NCBI RefSeq assembly: GCF_006345805.1
Contig: NC_043010.1
Span: forward strand, 60,698,001-60,762,000
Source: Octopus sinensis
Taxonomy: Eukaryota
DNA: 64,000 nt
Direction of reading: 5' to 3'
In this document: piece by piece, positions 25,463 to 37,081 of the stretch
How positions within the stretch are numbered: position 1 is the first letter of the stretch
Layout of the letters: every line of letters starts with the position of its first letter
The notes under the pieces: model-generated
The model's database searches: none
Told to the model about the DNA's origin: nothing
The model's input: the letters and a program-made list of their open reading frames with translations, nothing else
Position numbers and translations under genes: made by a program

Positions 25463-26019
25463 CACACACACCACATATATATATACACATATACACACAC
25501 ATATATATATACACATATACATATGTATGTATACGTACATGTGTATGTACATACGTACACAAACATGCAGTATATATAGTTTTTTTAACAGATGGAACAC
25601 ACACACACACACATGGACACATCACTAGTAATATTTATAGCATCAGTATTACTAATACTACTGTCCCCACCACCACCACTACAACAGCAACAACAAACAC
25701 CTCCACCACCACTACTACTACTACTGCTACATCAGGTATTGACATCTCGGCAAAGATGCTGCTGCACTGTAATATGTCAATAGAAGCAGCAGCAGCAGTA
25801 GTAGTAGTAGTGGCAGCAGTTCAGTTTTTTTTGTTTTTTTTACTGCGAATGGCTCTAATCAATGAAATCTATAAAAAATCAGGATATAACTGGTACTTAA
25901 CGTATTGGCTCTGCTGGGATGATTGTCACAGTTTGTTTTAACTAAATTTAAACCCAGAAGAAATAAAGGGCTGGGATCCCTATCAGTCAGCCATTTTAAA
26001 CAATGATGGAGATGGTGGT

Positions 26020-26133
26020 TATTATTATTATTATCATTATTATTATTATTATTATTATTATTTACAATAACAATTATTTTTGTTATTATTAATGTTAATA
26101 ATAATAATAATAAAATATTAATAATAACGAATA

Positions 26134-26173
<40 letters not shown>

Positions 26174-26200
26174 TATTAATAATAACGAATAAAATAATAA
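26020..26200. repeat. (ATT)n/(AAT)n trinucleotide tract
   Basis: Directly visible; another at 48805-48885. Confidence 0.9.
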
Positions 26201-26579
26201 ACAATCAATATAAGAATGGAAAATATTATTTAAATTTTTTTTATTTTAAACTAACCCTGACGAACAAAATCAATAACAACGACAAAAAAAGGAATAAAAT
26301 ATGATAATGACAAAAAATAGTGTTTTGTTTATGATAATAACAATCATAATTATAATAAAGATAATGAAATTAATAATATAAATATCATACCTTTTTTTTA
26401 TATATATATAATTTCTGTTCAGTTAAAACTGAACTAAAATAGAAAGCATAAAATTGCTAATCGTATATATACATGAACACACACACACACACACACACAC
26501 ACAGAAGAGTAAAACACTTCTTTCATTCACATAAACACACACACACACGCACATACATAAACACATACATATACACGCT

Positions 26580-27037
26580 ATTATTCACGCTGGTTGCCCC
26601 ACCTTTGTCCCTTACCAGCCATTCATGAGACTGTACAACACTCCACATGGAGCAGATGTTGCGTCTGACTGACTGACAGGCTGGCTGGTTGCCTGGTTGG
26701 CTGGCTGGTTGGCTAACTGACTGACAACACTGGTCTGTCAGTACAGAGAGACACTGTCACATTACTACAACAGCAGCACTTAACACTGTCACACTGCTAC
26801 AAGAATAATAAGCGTTACTACAACAACATTTGTTACACGGAAACACTACTACAGCAGCAATTACACAGGAGCACCACTACTGCTACTACATCAACAGCAG
26901 CAGCAGTAATAACTCAGGAGTAGCATCACCATTACTACATCGACAGCAGCAGCAATTACTCAGGAACACCACCACTACCACCGCCACTACATCAATAGAA
27001 TCCATGCCTCTACAACAACAGGGGATTAAACTGTAAG
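26580..27037 (+). promoter_or_regulatory. Candidate promoter and non-coding leader exon for gene C
   Basis: GC-richer (CTGG/TTGG)-repeat segment, then a CAG/CTA block sharing ACTGTCACA, TTACAC(A/G)G(G/A)A(A/G)CAC and GGATTAAAC motifs with 10690-10967; donor AAG|GTCAGT followed by CTCCCTC as in the gene B module. Confidence 0.55.
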
Positions 27038-27194
27038 GTCAGTCTCCCTCTTTTATTTTTTCTCATTAGATTTCTCTGTGGATCATATTTTAAACCTTAG
27101 AGTAGGATAACAAATATATCAGCTGTCATATATATGTGCCTGTGCTGTATATGTGTGTGTGTTTGTGTATATATGTATATATATGTATATGTAA

Positions 27195-27231
<37 letters not shown>

Positions 27232-27384
27232 TATATATGTATGTATATATGTTATAGCAAAACTGGTAAATGTTTGTGGTATTATTATTTTCCATATATA
27301 TTTTTCATTACCAACAGGAGATATCAAGGTATATATATAGAAAAACGTAGAATACATCTATTAGTGTATGTGTATCAATTTCTC

Positions 27385-27396
27385 TCTATCTCTCTA

Positions 27397-27482
<86 letters not shown>

Positions 27483-27495
27483 TCTCTCTCTCTGT
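27385..27495. repeat. (CT)n microsatellite
   Basis: Directly visible; others at 37038-37080, 40502-40540 and 47266-47280. Confidence 0.95.
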
Positions 27496-28640
27496 TGTGT
27501 ATAGTTATATATATGGGGACTGGAACGGTGTATAACCGAGAGATGTAATCATCACCTCCATTATGAACGACATCATCCACAATGAATCAGTGATGGAGCC
27601 TCTATGATGTTGTTCAACTTGCTAGGAATGGCAACCAAATCACCGTCAATTTACACCTTATCATTTGATAAAATGATGAAAACATTGCATAATGTAGTCC
27701 AAGGTGGATAATGCACATAAATAATAGGTACTTATAATTAGGTGGCTTTGATTATGCGCTTGCTCAGTGAGGGTTGTCCTGAGGCCAAACACCAACAGCA
27801 CCAGCAATCGTTGTATTATGACATCTTGAAGGAAGGCATCATATTCCTATAACAACAACTACACAACACTCCTACATTAATTACAGTTTGGATATTTAAT
27901 TGGATATATAATGTCTCATTAATTAATGTCTTCTTTATGGCTATTTTTAACAAAATTTCTTAATTGTTAGTCAATAGTGATTGATCTGTAGAGATATTGT
28001 TTATAACCCCAGGTCAGCTGCAACTGGACAGTGCTGTGATCAAAGACATTCCAACTATAGCCATCACTTTGTTTATTTAAGCACTCTATCTCAGCCTGGT
28101 TTAGCCATTGTATTCTTCTTTTCAAAGTGCTAGGCCATCAGTTGAAGAACCTTTGGCTGCTATTTCTAGCAGATTCAATGACTACATAGAGACTTTTTTG
28201 TCAGGATGTATGTCAGAGGGATTGTGTTTGTATGTGTGTATGTGTGTGTGTGTGTGTGCATGCACGTATGTGTGTGTGTGTGTGCGCATGTGTGTGTGTG
28301 TGCATGTTTGCATGAGATAAATTTGTGTGTGTATGTATGTGTGCATGTGAGAGAGAGAGAGAGAGAAAAGTAAATCTGTGTATGGGTATGAGAGTGGTAA
28401 ATGGTGTGTGAAGTAAATTTATGTATTTGTTTATGTGAGGTAAGTTGTATGTGTGTGTTTGTGTAAGGAAAATAGAATTTCCAAACCGTATTGTGTCTAA
28501 AAGCCAAAGCAATGTTGTTCCTCAGGGATGCTGTATCTGCCATTCTGTAATTAAAGCTCCACAACATTACTAGGTTGGTCCTTGTATAATTCTCTACAAC
28601 TATTGTTGCTATTGTTAGTGTTGTACAGCGTTAGGATAGA

Positions 28641-28965
28641 AGGCACGCGGCTTAGTGGTTAGGGCACTCAGCTCACCATCATAAGACCATGAGTTCAATT
28701 CCTGGCAACGCATTGTGTCCTTGGGCAAGACACTTTATTTCACGTTGCTCCAGTTCACTCAGCTGGCAAAAATAAGTAGTACCTGTATTTCAAAGGGCCA
28801 GCCTTGTCACACTCTGTATCACATTGAATCTCCCTAAGAACTACGTTAAGGGTACATGTGCCTGTGGAGTGTTCAGCCACTTGCATGTTAATTTCACGAG
28901 CAAGCTGTTCCATTGATCGTATCATCTGGGACCCTCATAGTCATAACCAACAGAGTGCTCCTTTT
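28641..28965 (+). mobile_element. tRNA-derived SINE (family C)
   Basis: GGCTTAGTGGTTAG A-box, GAGTTCAATTCC B-box, then TGTGTCCTTGGGCAAGACAC; reverse copy at about 23120-23325. Confidence 0.8.
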
Positions 28966-29317
28966 TATTTTTAAGGGCCTCCGGGTCGGTGGCATGTAAA
29001 AAGCACCATCCAACCGTGGTTGTTTGCCAGCCTCGTCTGGCACGTAAAAAGTACCCACTACACTCATGGAGTGGTTGGCATTAGGAAGGACATCCAGCCG
29101 TAGAAACATTGCCAGATCAGACTGGGCCTGGTGCAGCCTTCTGGCTTCCCAGACCCCAGTTGCACCGTCCAACCATGCCAGCAAGGAAAGCGGACGCTAA
29201 ACGATGATGATGATGTTAGGATAGATATAACTTGGTACATGCTGTTAGTGTACCCCTTGTTATACGTTGACAGTATACACCTTGTTTTATAGTTTTACAA
29301 TGACAGTATACACTACG

Positions 29318-29470
29318 AAACACAATGTCACTGTACTACATGTTAAACAATGTCACCCCAAGTTACACAATGTCCCGGCACCCCATGTTAAACAATATCA
29401 CACTGCACCATGTTACACAGCGTTGCATTACTCCATGTTATGCAATGTCACATTACCCCATGTCACACTT
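29318..29470. repeat. Degenerate minisatellite, unit about 25 bp
   Basis: Recurrent ATGTTA(A/C)ACAAT(G/A)TCAC...CCC, roughly 6 copies. Confidence 0.6.
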
Positions 29471-29983
29471 ATCCATGTGGCAGTAGCTGAAGTACAACAC
29501 ATTGACACATTCCTCTTGACTCCGTGTTCTATATGTTGCTTGTCAGGCCCTACATGCAAACATAATCTATATCTTACCCTCATACATACACACACACACA
29601 CACACATATCACTGTTGTTGTCATCATCATCATCATCATCGTTTAACATCTGTTTTCCATGCTGGCATGACTTGGATGGTATGAGAGGAACTGATAGCCA
29701 GAGAGATACCCAGGCTCAATTGTTTGTTTTGGCATGGTGTCTATGGCTGGATGTCCTTCCTAATGCCAACTGTTTACAGAATGTGTTGGGTGCTCCATAT
29801 GTGGCACTGGCACGAGTTCTTTTTACAGGGTGGTGCCAGCACAAGTTCTTTTTCATGGTTCTTTTTACAGAGTGCTAACATGAACGTGTGTGTGTGTGTC
29901 TGTGTGTCTGTGTACTATAATACAAATTATTGTCTTCTTTCTTGGTGCCCTTCATGCACTTAAAGAAGTCTCTATGATCAACA

Positions 29984-30001
29984 TGTATTTTTCATTTGTA
30001 G
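29984..30001 (+). promoter_or_regulatory. 3' splice acceptor 35 nt upstream of the gene C start codon
   Basis: TATTTTTCATTTGTAG. Confidence 0.7.
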
Positions 30002-30036
30002 GAAACCTCTTATCTGGACAATGGTGAAAACTTCTG

Positions 30037-32441
30037 ATGATGACTGGATACATTACCTTTCTTGTGTGTCTTCTATATTTACTGATCACCCTTGTACTGT
30101 CCATAGATATTACATACCATGTCAAGGAAGAAGGCAGACCTCACACCTATATAGGAGACATTGCTGTTGACTCCAACTTATCACACCCTCTCACACATCA
30201 ACAACACACTCTCATTACATTTACACAACTACAAAGGACAGTCGAGAGTGGTTCTCATTTATTTAATGTCACCAACTCAGGAAAACTATACACTACTCAG
30301 ACACTGGATGCTGAAACTCTATGTACATACAACAAGGAATGTTCCAGAATAGTTAAAGTAGCAGTGAGGAAAGGAAAAACGTTTATGAAAATTCTTAAAG
30401 TTAAAATAATTATAGTAGACATCAATGACCATGCTCCCAAGTTTCCAGGAAATCAGTTCCATCTGGAATTTGATGAAAATGATGGAGTTGGAACTAAGAA
30501 ATCCCTTCCAAACTCTATCGACAAAGATGTTAGTGTTCAGAATTCAAATATTAGATACCAGCTGAATAAGAACATTGATGGTGTTTTCTCATTGATAACA
30601 TCAAACTTATATGGCAATATATTCACACCTGAAATAGTTTTAGAAAAGAAGTTAGACCGAGAAACAAAAGCTAGCCATATGCTAGAGTTAATAGCAAAAG
30701 ATGGAGGTTCCCCACCAAAATATGACACCTTGGAAATTCTTATACAATTAACAGACGTTAATGATAATAGACCAATATTTTCACAGAAAATGTACAATGT
30801 CTCTGTAACAAATTCACATAAAACATCATCTCCAATATTGACTTTATCAGCAACTGATATGGATTCAGGACAAAATGCTAAGATTTCATTCTTATTTAAT
30901 CAACAAACATCAAATGAAGCAAAGAAGCATTTCACCTTAAATAAAATCACTGGAGACATTTTCCTAAAGCAAAAATTTAGCTATGATAACAAACAGGTGT
31001 ATAATTTATTTGTTGAAGCAAGAGATATGGGAAGTCCATCTTTGAGTTCCATAACAAAGATACAAGTAAATGTAATTAATACTCAAAATACTGCTCCATT
31101 AATTAATATAGATTTTGTATCTCCTTTATCAGAGAGCTCAGCAGCACTTTCAGAAGACAGTGAAGTAGATAGTTTTATAGCTTATGTTATGGTCACTGAC
31201 ACTGATAGTGGACCTAATGGTGAGGTTATCTGTGATTTAAAACATGATAATTTAAACTTGCCAAAATAGATTCTAAAGAATATAAAATGATTGTTAAGGG
31301 CCATCTTGACAGAGAAATAAGGGACCACTATAAAGTATCTATTGTGTGTCATGACATGGGGTCACCTCAACTAGAAAGTAAAAAATATTTCTCTGTCAAA
31401 GTAACTGATGTCAATGATGTAGAACCACATTTTACCAAAGAGACATTCCAATTCCTCACCTATGAAAACCAGAAAGTTGACTTCCCTATTGGCTTCATCA
31501 ATGCTACAGACCCTGATCTTGGAGATGGAGGCCAACTTACATATTCTATCATCAATGATAACAACAATGATAACATTCCTTTCCAACTGACCAAATATGG
31601 ATTTATTTCTACATCACAACCAATAGATCGAGAAATGAAAGACATCTATAAGTTCAAGGTTTTAGTGAAAGATAATGGAACACCTTCTCTCAATGACACT
31701 GCCAATATTGTTATTGAGATTCTAGATAAAAATGATAATGCTCCGTATTTTACGTTTCCTAATAATGACCCTTACAATCTCGATGTCCACTACCATCCAC
31801 ACAGTAAGAAGGACATCACAATTCTGAAAGCATCTGACAAAGACACTGGAAACAATGCTTTCCTCACATATGGAATACTGAGATCCAATGATAAAAACCT
31901 GTTTACAGTGAACTCACACACTGGTGTGTTATCTTTCTCTCGCACAGTTTACCAAAATGATGCAGGAACATATGAGCTGCAGTTTATAGTGAAAGACGGT
32001 GGTACTCCAGTTCAATCAGCAACAACTGCTATCATACTAACACTGTTTGTTAGTAATGATACATCTCCAATGTTGACTGCTGTGCCATTCCAGTCTGGTC
32101 ACGACCTGAATATGACTTGGGTAATTATCATTGTAGCAGCAGCTGTAATACTATCTGTGGCTATTGTAGTGTCCATAACACTGTGTGTTTTCAGATGTAT
32201 TAATCACACAAATAACTCACCCACAACAGCAGAGAATCCCAACTTTCTCTCTCAGACTGAGATGAGACAATTACTGTATCAGACTAACAATCCTGTTGCA
32301 ATAACGAGAAATGCAGAAGAGATATTTAACCGAAATCTTCAGACAATAAAATCTAAAAGTCAGTTTTATCCGGAGATGGAACAGATACCTAATGAATGGA
32401 AATTCTCAACAACACCCCGGAGACTTCCACCAGTTCCACAG
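30037..32441 (+). CDS. PCDH: Protocadherin gene C, large coding exon with a 1-nt frameshift at about 31250
   Basis: ORFs 30037-31269 and 31287-32501 are two frames of one exon. CATGATAATTT here versus CATGATAAATTT (A) and CATGATAAGTTT (B); restoring one base gives 802 codons. Donor CAG|GTAAGT after 32441. Confidence 0.95.
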
Positions 32442-32549
32442 GTAAGTGATAAATTAGTTAAAGCTTTTTTTTTTCTACTTTATATTTGTCTCATGAATTG
32501 AGTGTCTCTGAATCTGTAGAAAAGGTAATATACCACTCTTATTTACGAT

Positions 32550-32858
32550 GCAATTATGACACAGGTAATAAGGCTGGAAAGAACAGAGATAAGAAGGGTT
32601 CAATGGATGAGTGGAATTTTGCTGAAAGAGGAAATAGCAAACCAAGAATTGCAAGGAATGATGGGAATGAAGCCAGTGCTTGATGGTGTGAAGAGAAGTG
32701 GGATAAAATGCTTGGGTCCTTGGCTCAGTGACAGATGAAAGTGATTAGGTGAGAGGAGCAATGGAAATGAATGTGGAAGGAAGTAGAAGAGAAAGACTAA
32801 GAAAAATGTGACTAAGGGGTGATGGATGAAGGAACAAGGGCAAGGAATTTGTTGAAGG
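32550..32858 (+). mobile_element. RTE-clade LINE C-terminal fragment
   Basis: RLERTEIRRVQWMSGILLKEEIANQELQGMMG resembles RTE ORF C-termini (RLERTEMRMxRWMxG..NxELR). Confidence 0.55.
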
Positions 32859-35410
32859 AATTTAATTTAATTTAATGTTTTGGCTCAAAAAGCAAAAGTG
32901 AGGCTATGTAGAGGGACAGGGAGGGTGTTCATACAAAGAGTTCAGGCCATTTCTGGTCAAGAGAGACTTTGAACCGAGCAGTCGTCAGCATCTTCACTAT
33001 CTCGTCCGGCAGCTTATTCCACGGATCCGCAACCCAAACGGAGAAAGCCCCTCTCCTTTGATCGAGATGAAATCGTCGTAGATAGAGCTTTTCGCTCTGG
33101 AGCAGGAGTGAAGAACAGCTCTTTCGAGAGGTTACACTTTCTGCTTATGATGTTGTGAGCGAGAATGAGATCACCACAGCGGCGGCGTTTTTCAAGAGAA
33201 TAAAGGTCGAGTGTCTTCAGCCTTTCTTCATAAGACAAATGCTTGAGACCAAGAACCATGCGGGTAGCCAGCTTCTGGACTCTTTCGAGATGATGTGTCT
33301 TTGAGGAGATAGGGAGAAGAGGCTTGAATCCCGTACTCCAACATGGGTCTCACCAGCATGACATAGAGCGGTAGGAATATGGCTGCTGTGAGCATTCCGA
33401 ATGACCGTCGAATCAAAAACAGAACTCCACGTGCTTTGTTGGCAGCATGGATGCATTGGGCCGAAGGCGAAAAGGAAGAATCCACCAAGATACCCAGGTC
33501 CTTTACCTGGTCGGTCCTCTCCAGCAGCAGACGACCCAGCTCGAAATCAAGTTGAGTTGAAGGAGAGGAGCCAACAGGCAGATGACAGCACTTTGACACG
33601 TTCAGACACGGGTTCCATTCATTTGACCATCTCCAAACTTGGTGGAGGTATCAACGAAGATCATCTATATCACTGCAAGGAGCAACCAGTTTGACATCAT
33701 CGGCAAATAGAAGGGTGTGTTGCGTGAGGTCATCGGGTAAGTCATTGATGAAGACTGAAAACAATAACGGCCCAAGCACTGAACCTTGAGGCACGCCACT
33801 GCCCGCACTGGAGACGTCGGACAGCAAGCCATTAACTTGGACTTGGAAGGAGCGATCTGAGAGGAAGGCACCAACCCATCGTACAATATCCGGATGGAAA
33901 CTATGTGCTTGAAGCTTGACAAGTAATAGGCGGTGGTTAACCAAGTCAAAAGCTTTGGCAAAGTCCAATAAAACGATGTCAACAGCATCACCATCATCCA
34001 GGATACGCATCACCAATTCTTCCATTACCAGTAAGTTGGTCAAGCATGATCTCTTCGGCACAAAGCTGTGTTGGGAATCAGAGATAGAGGCTGTGTTTAG
34101 GAGGTGGAGCATCATACTTTTCTTAAGGATGGTTTCGAACATCTTGCTGATTATTGAAATAAGGGAAACTGGTCGGTAGTTAAGCAGGTCTTCGCGACTC
34201 CCTTTCTTGAAAATCGGGCAGATTATCGCTGTTCTCCAGTTCGCAGGTACAACACCCGTTGCCAATAACATATTGAATAGAAGTGTTAAAGGTTCACAGA
34301 TGACCAGAGCCAACGCTTTGATAACCTGTGGGTGTATGCCGTCAGAGCCATGACCCTTGTTGACATCGAGGCCTTGAATAACGCGTTTGACTTTGTCACG
34401 AGTGATGACCAATCTAGGCATTGGAGGTACCGATCTATCAAATGGAGGGGGTTCACGACCATCATCTTGTTTGAAAATTGTCGAAAAAGCCTCGGCAAAT
34501 AACTGACTCTGTTGATAAGGGTCCTCAATCGATATGCCTGTTGAGTCTACCAACGTTGCAATTTGGTTGTTCAAGCGGGAATTCTGTTAGACATGGGCAA
34601 AGAAGCTTTTGGATAGTGACTGGCATTTGCCATGATTTTGTATTCATAACTGAAGCGTTCTTCCTTTACAATTTTCACGGCTCGGTCTCGTCGAGTTTTG
34701 TACACCTCAAAAGCTGCAGTCGAATCCAGATTTTTTAATTCAGCCCAAGCAATATCTCTGAGTCGAAGTTCTCGTTTAACCTTCTTTGTCACCCAGAGCT
34801 TGTGTTTCTTCTTCTTAGGAAGCCCAACGGGAACTGCTTGGTCAGTCAACCAGATTACATGCTTTGAGGGACGACCATAGTTCGTCAACTGAGGACATCG
34901 TCATCAGGGATCGCCAGTCCAGAAGCGCTGAAGCCTCGGTTAGAATTTCAAGATTGATTGCAGAGAAGACTCTACGTGGCAGCGAAGTAGTCGTGGGCAT
35001 AGAAAAAGTTGTATGTATGTCGAACTTCAGGATCGCGTGATCACTCTTGGCAAGAGGGGCATACACAGATAAGCCTGACACTGATCTTGGATAGCGGGAG
35101 AATACCAGATCCAGCATAGATGGCTGCTGCCCAGACCGATGCCTTGTTGGAGATTCAACATGTTGCGATAGAAAACAAGCTTCAGCCATGTCAAGAAGGG
35201 CCTGGCCGAACCGGGAAGAGGATGTACAAATTGATGTGGGCCAGTCGATCGTGGGAGCGTTGAAGTCTCCTAATATCAAACATTCATGAGAAGATGAAAC
35301 AAATCTTATCACTTCAAGTAAATGAGCATCGTCCTGGAGGTCAGCAAGAGGAAGACATAAAGGATTGAACAAAATGGAAAAGGTTGCTGTGGGACCCACA
35401 AGGCTCACCA
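32859..35410 (-). mobile_element. 5'-truncated CR1/L2-group LINE in intron 1 of gene C (APE endonuclease remnant, RT, C-terminal domain)
   Basis: ORF pieces with ILGDFNAP, LDLVFS, SDH (endonuclease); NYRPVSL, DFAKAFD, GVPQGSVLGPLLF, FADD (RT); YEERLKTLDLYSLEKRRRCGDLI (CR1-type); short (ATTAA)n tail at 32859-32876. Several frameshifts; no TSD found. Confidence 0.92.
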
Positions 35411-36825
35411 CTATTTATAGTGAAAAATAGCAATACTGTGGTTCAGTCACCTACAACTGTTTAAAATGCTTTTTATGTTGTTTTTATCAAAAGTGTTTTT
35501 CTCATTTATGTAACAAAGTCCTATTTCATATTTCACTAACACAATTTACCAACTCATTGAATTATCTTAACATTAGTTAATAATAATGTTGAACTTTACT
35601 AAATACATGGTAATAATACTGAACTGTGATTGAAAAAAGGTAATAATGTTGAACTAAGCTCAATATAAAGAAATAATGTTGCCTCCCAAAATTCCTCAAA
35701 TTCACTACTCTTTATGAGTGGCCGATGAAGCCATTCCTCTTCAAGATTCTTTTTCTATTCAATTTTCTTTCTATTTATGTTTTATTCTGAGTTTTTGATT
35801 TTCATTGATGTCTTAATTTAGATGATTTACTGATGTGTTCTGTCCTCTCTTTTAACCTTTTCTGTTTATAGTAATAAACCTGAGCATTGTATACAATAAG
35901 TTCGTTTTCTTTTATCTTAGCCTTCTCCATCTTGTCAAGGCTTTTGTTTCTTTGTTTCAAACTCGTTTGGTCATCTTTTATAATTCCATTCACGTCTAAG
36001 ATACTTTTTGAAGTGACAGACTCCAAACATTGAACTTCTACATAATTTTTTATGAAATTAGTTGAATCAGCTGAGTCTTTGACCCACATAAATTGTTGTG
36101 TGTAAGGGCAGTTGGAGAGGGTCTCTGTCAGCAACCATCATAATAAACCTGTGTATAACTCTAGCCATTTCTTTATTATTCTGTTGAACGACCTGGGTCT
36201 GAAACGAGACTTTTTCTCTTCTAACAGCAACTGAACTTAGAAAGATATTAAGAAATTCTCTTCTAAAAACAATTGATTTAAACAATTTCATTTGTGAAGA
36301 GAATATAAGCCTTGTTTGAATTAATCGCTAATTGTGTTTCACAAACGTTTTAGTGACATCTACTAGAAATGTAATCTGCCAGGAATAGGGATCAAATCTT
36401 ATATTAGTTGGGGTTACATCATATCTTCTATGGGCTGTAAGCCTAGGCAACTGGAGTCTGTGGTTCAAATCTAACATGGATTACACATACTATGTTTGTT
36501 ACATCATCAAATGCATCTGTAAATTGTAAGTTATATAAATAATAGTGTTTTGCATCGAATGCACTTGTCATATGAATGGCTGTGCGTTGACAGCTTTTTA
36601 TATGTCATACTTATGGTTTTGTGAATTGCATCTAACAAAAGGCTAATGTTTACAGCTATTTGAGTTGAAGACTTTGTTTAAGTGGGCCATGGACCATCCA
36701 GTGACCACTTAACATTGCAAATAACCTTCATGATATAATATTGCTGTCATCATCATCGTTCTATTTAAACAAAATGTTGATGTAATCACTAAATTATATT
36801 GTTATATGTTGATGTTATTTAACAG

Positions 36826-36988
36826 ACATATGGTGGGGAGAAGATGAGGTCTTCCTATGAACACATCAACCGTGACTGTGCTAAAGTTAACAGCTACATG
36901 AATGATTCTGGATTCACAAGGAGTAATAAAGAACTTATTAAAAACAAGGAACATCTGAAAGACTATGAAGATGTTGAAGGAACATCAG
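36826..36988 (+). CDS. PCDH: Gene C cytoplasmic exon 2 (TYGGEKMRSS...DYEDVEGTSG)
   Basis: Acceptor TTATTTAACAG, donor CAG|GTAATT; 163 nt open in phase 0 to 1, the same phase pattern as genes A/B. Confidence 0.72.
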
Positions 36989-37033
36989 GTAATTATGACT
37001 ACCTTGTTGGAAACTAAATCTAACTTATAACTA

Positions 37034-37081
<48 letters not shown>

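Noticed and set aside
26570-26600. CGCT words resembling the vertebrate protocadherin CSE/CTCF box
   Set aside because: Not found at matching positions in the other leader modules; a 4-mer is expected by chance.
28641-28720. tRNA-like A/B-box sequences (also at 55800 and 61180-61250)
   Set aside because: No complete cloverleaf or acceptor stem; they continue into multi-copy SINE bodies.
29318-29470. CRISPR-like repeat array
   Set aside because: Degenerate minisatellite with no unique spacers, in eukaryotic DNA.
35802-36291. Two minus-strand ORFs next to the LINE
   Set aside because: No motif I can recognise; possibly a decayed retroelement, but unsupported without a search.
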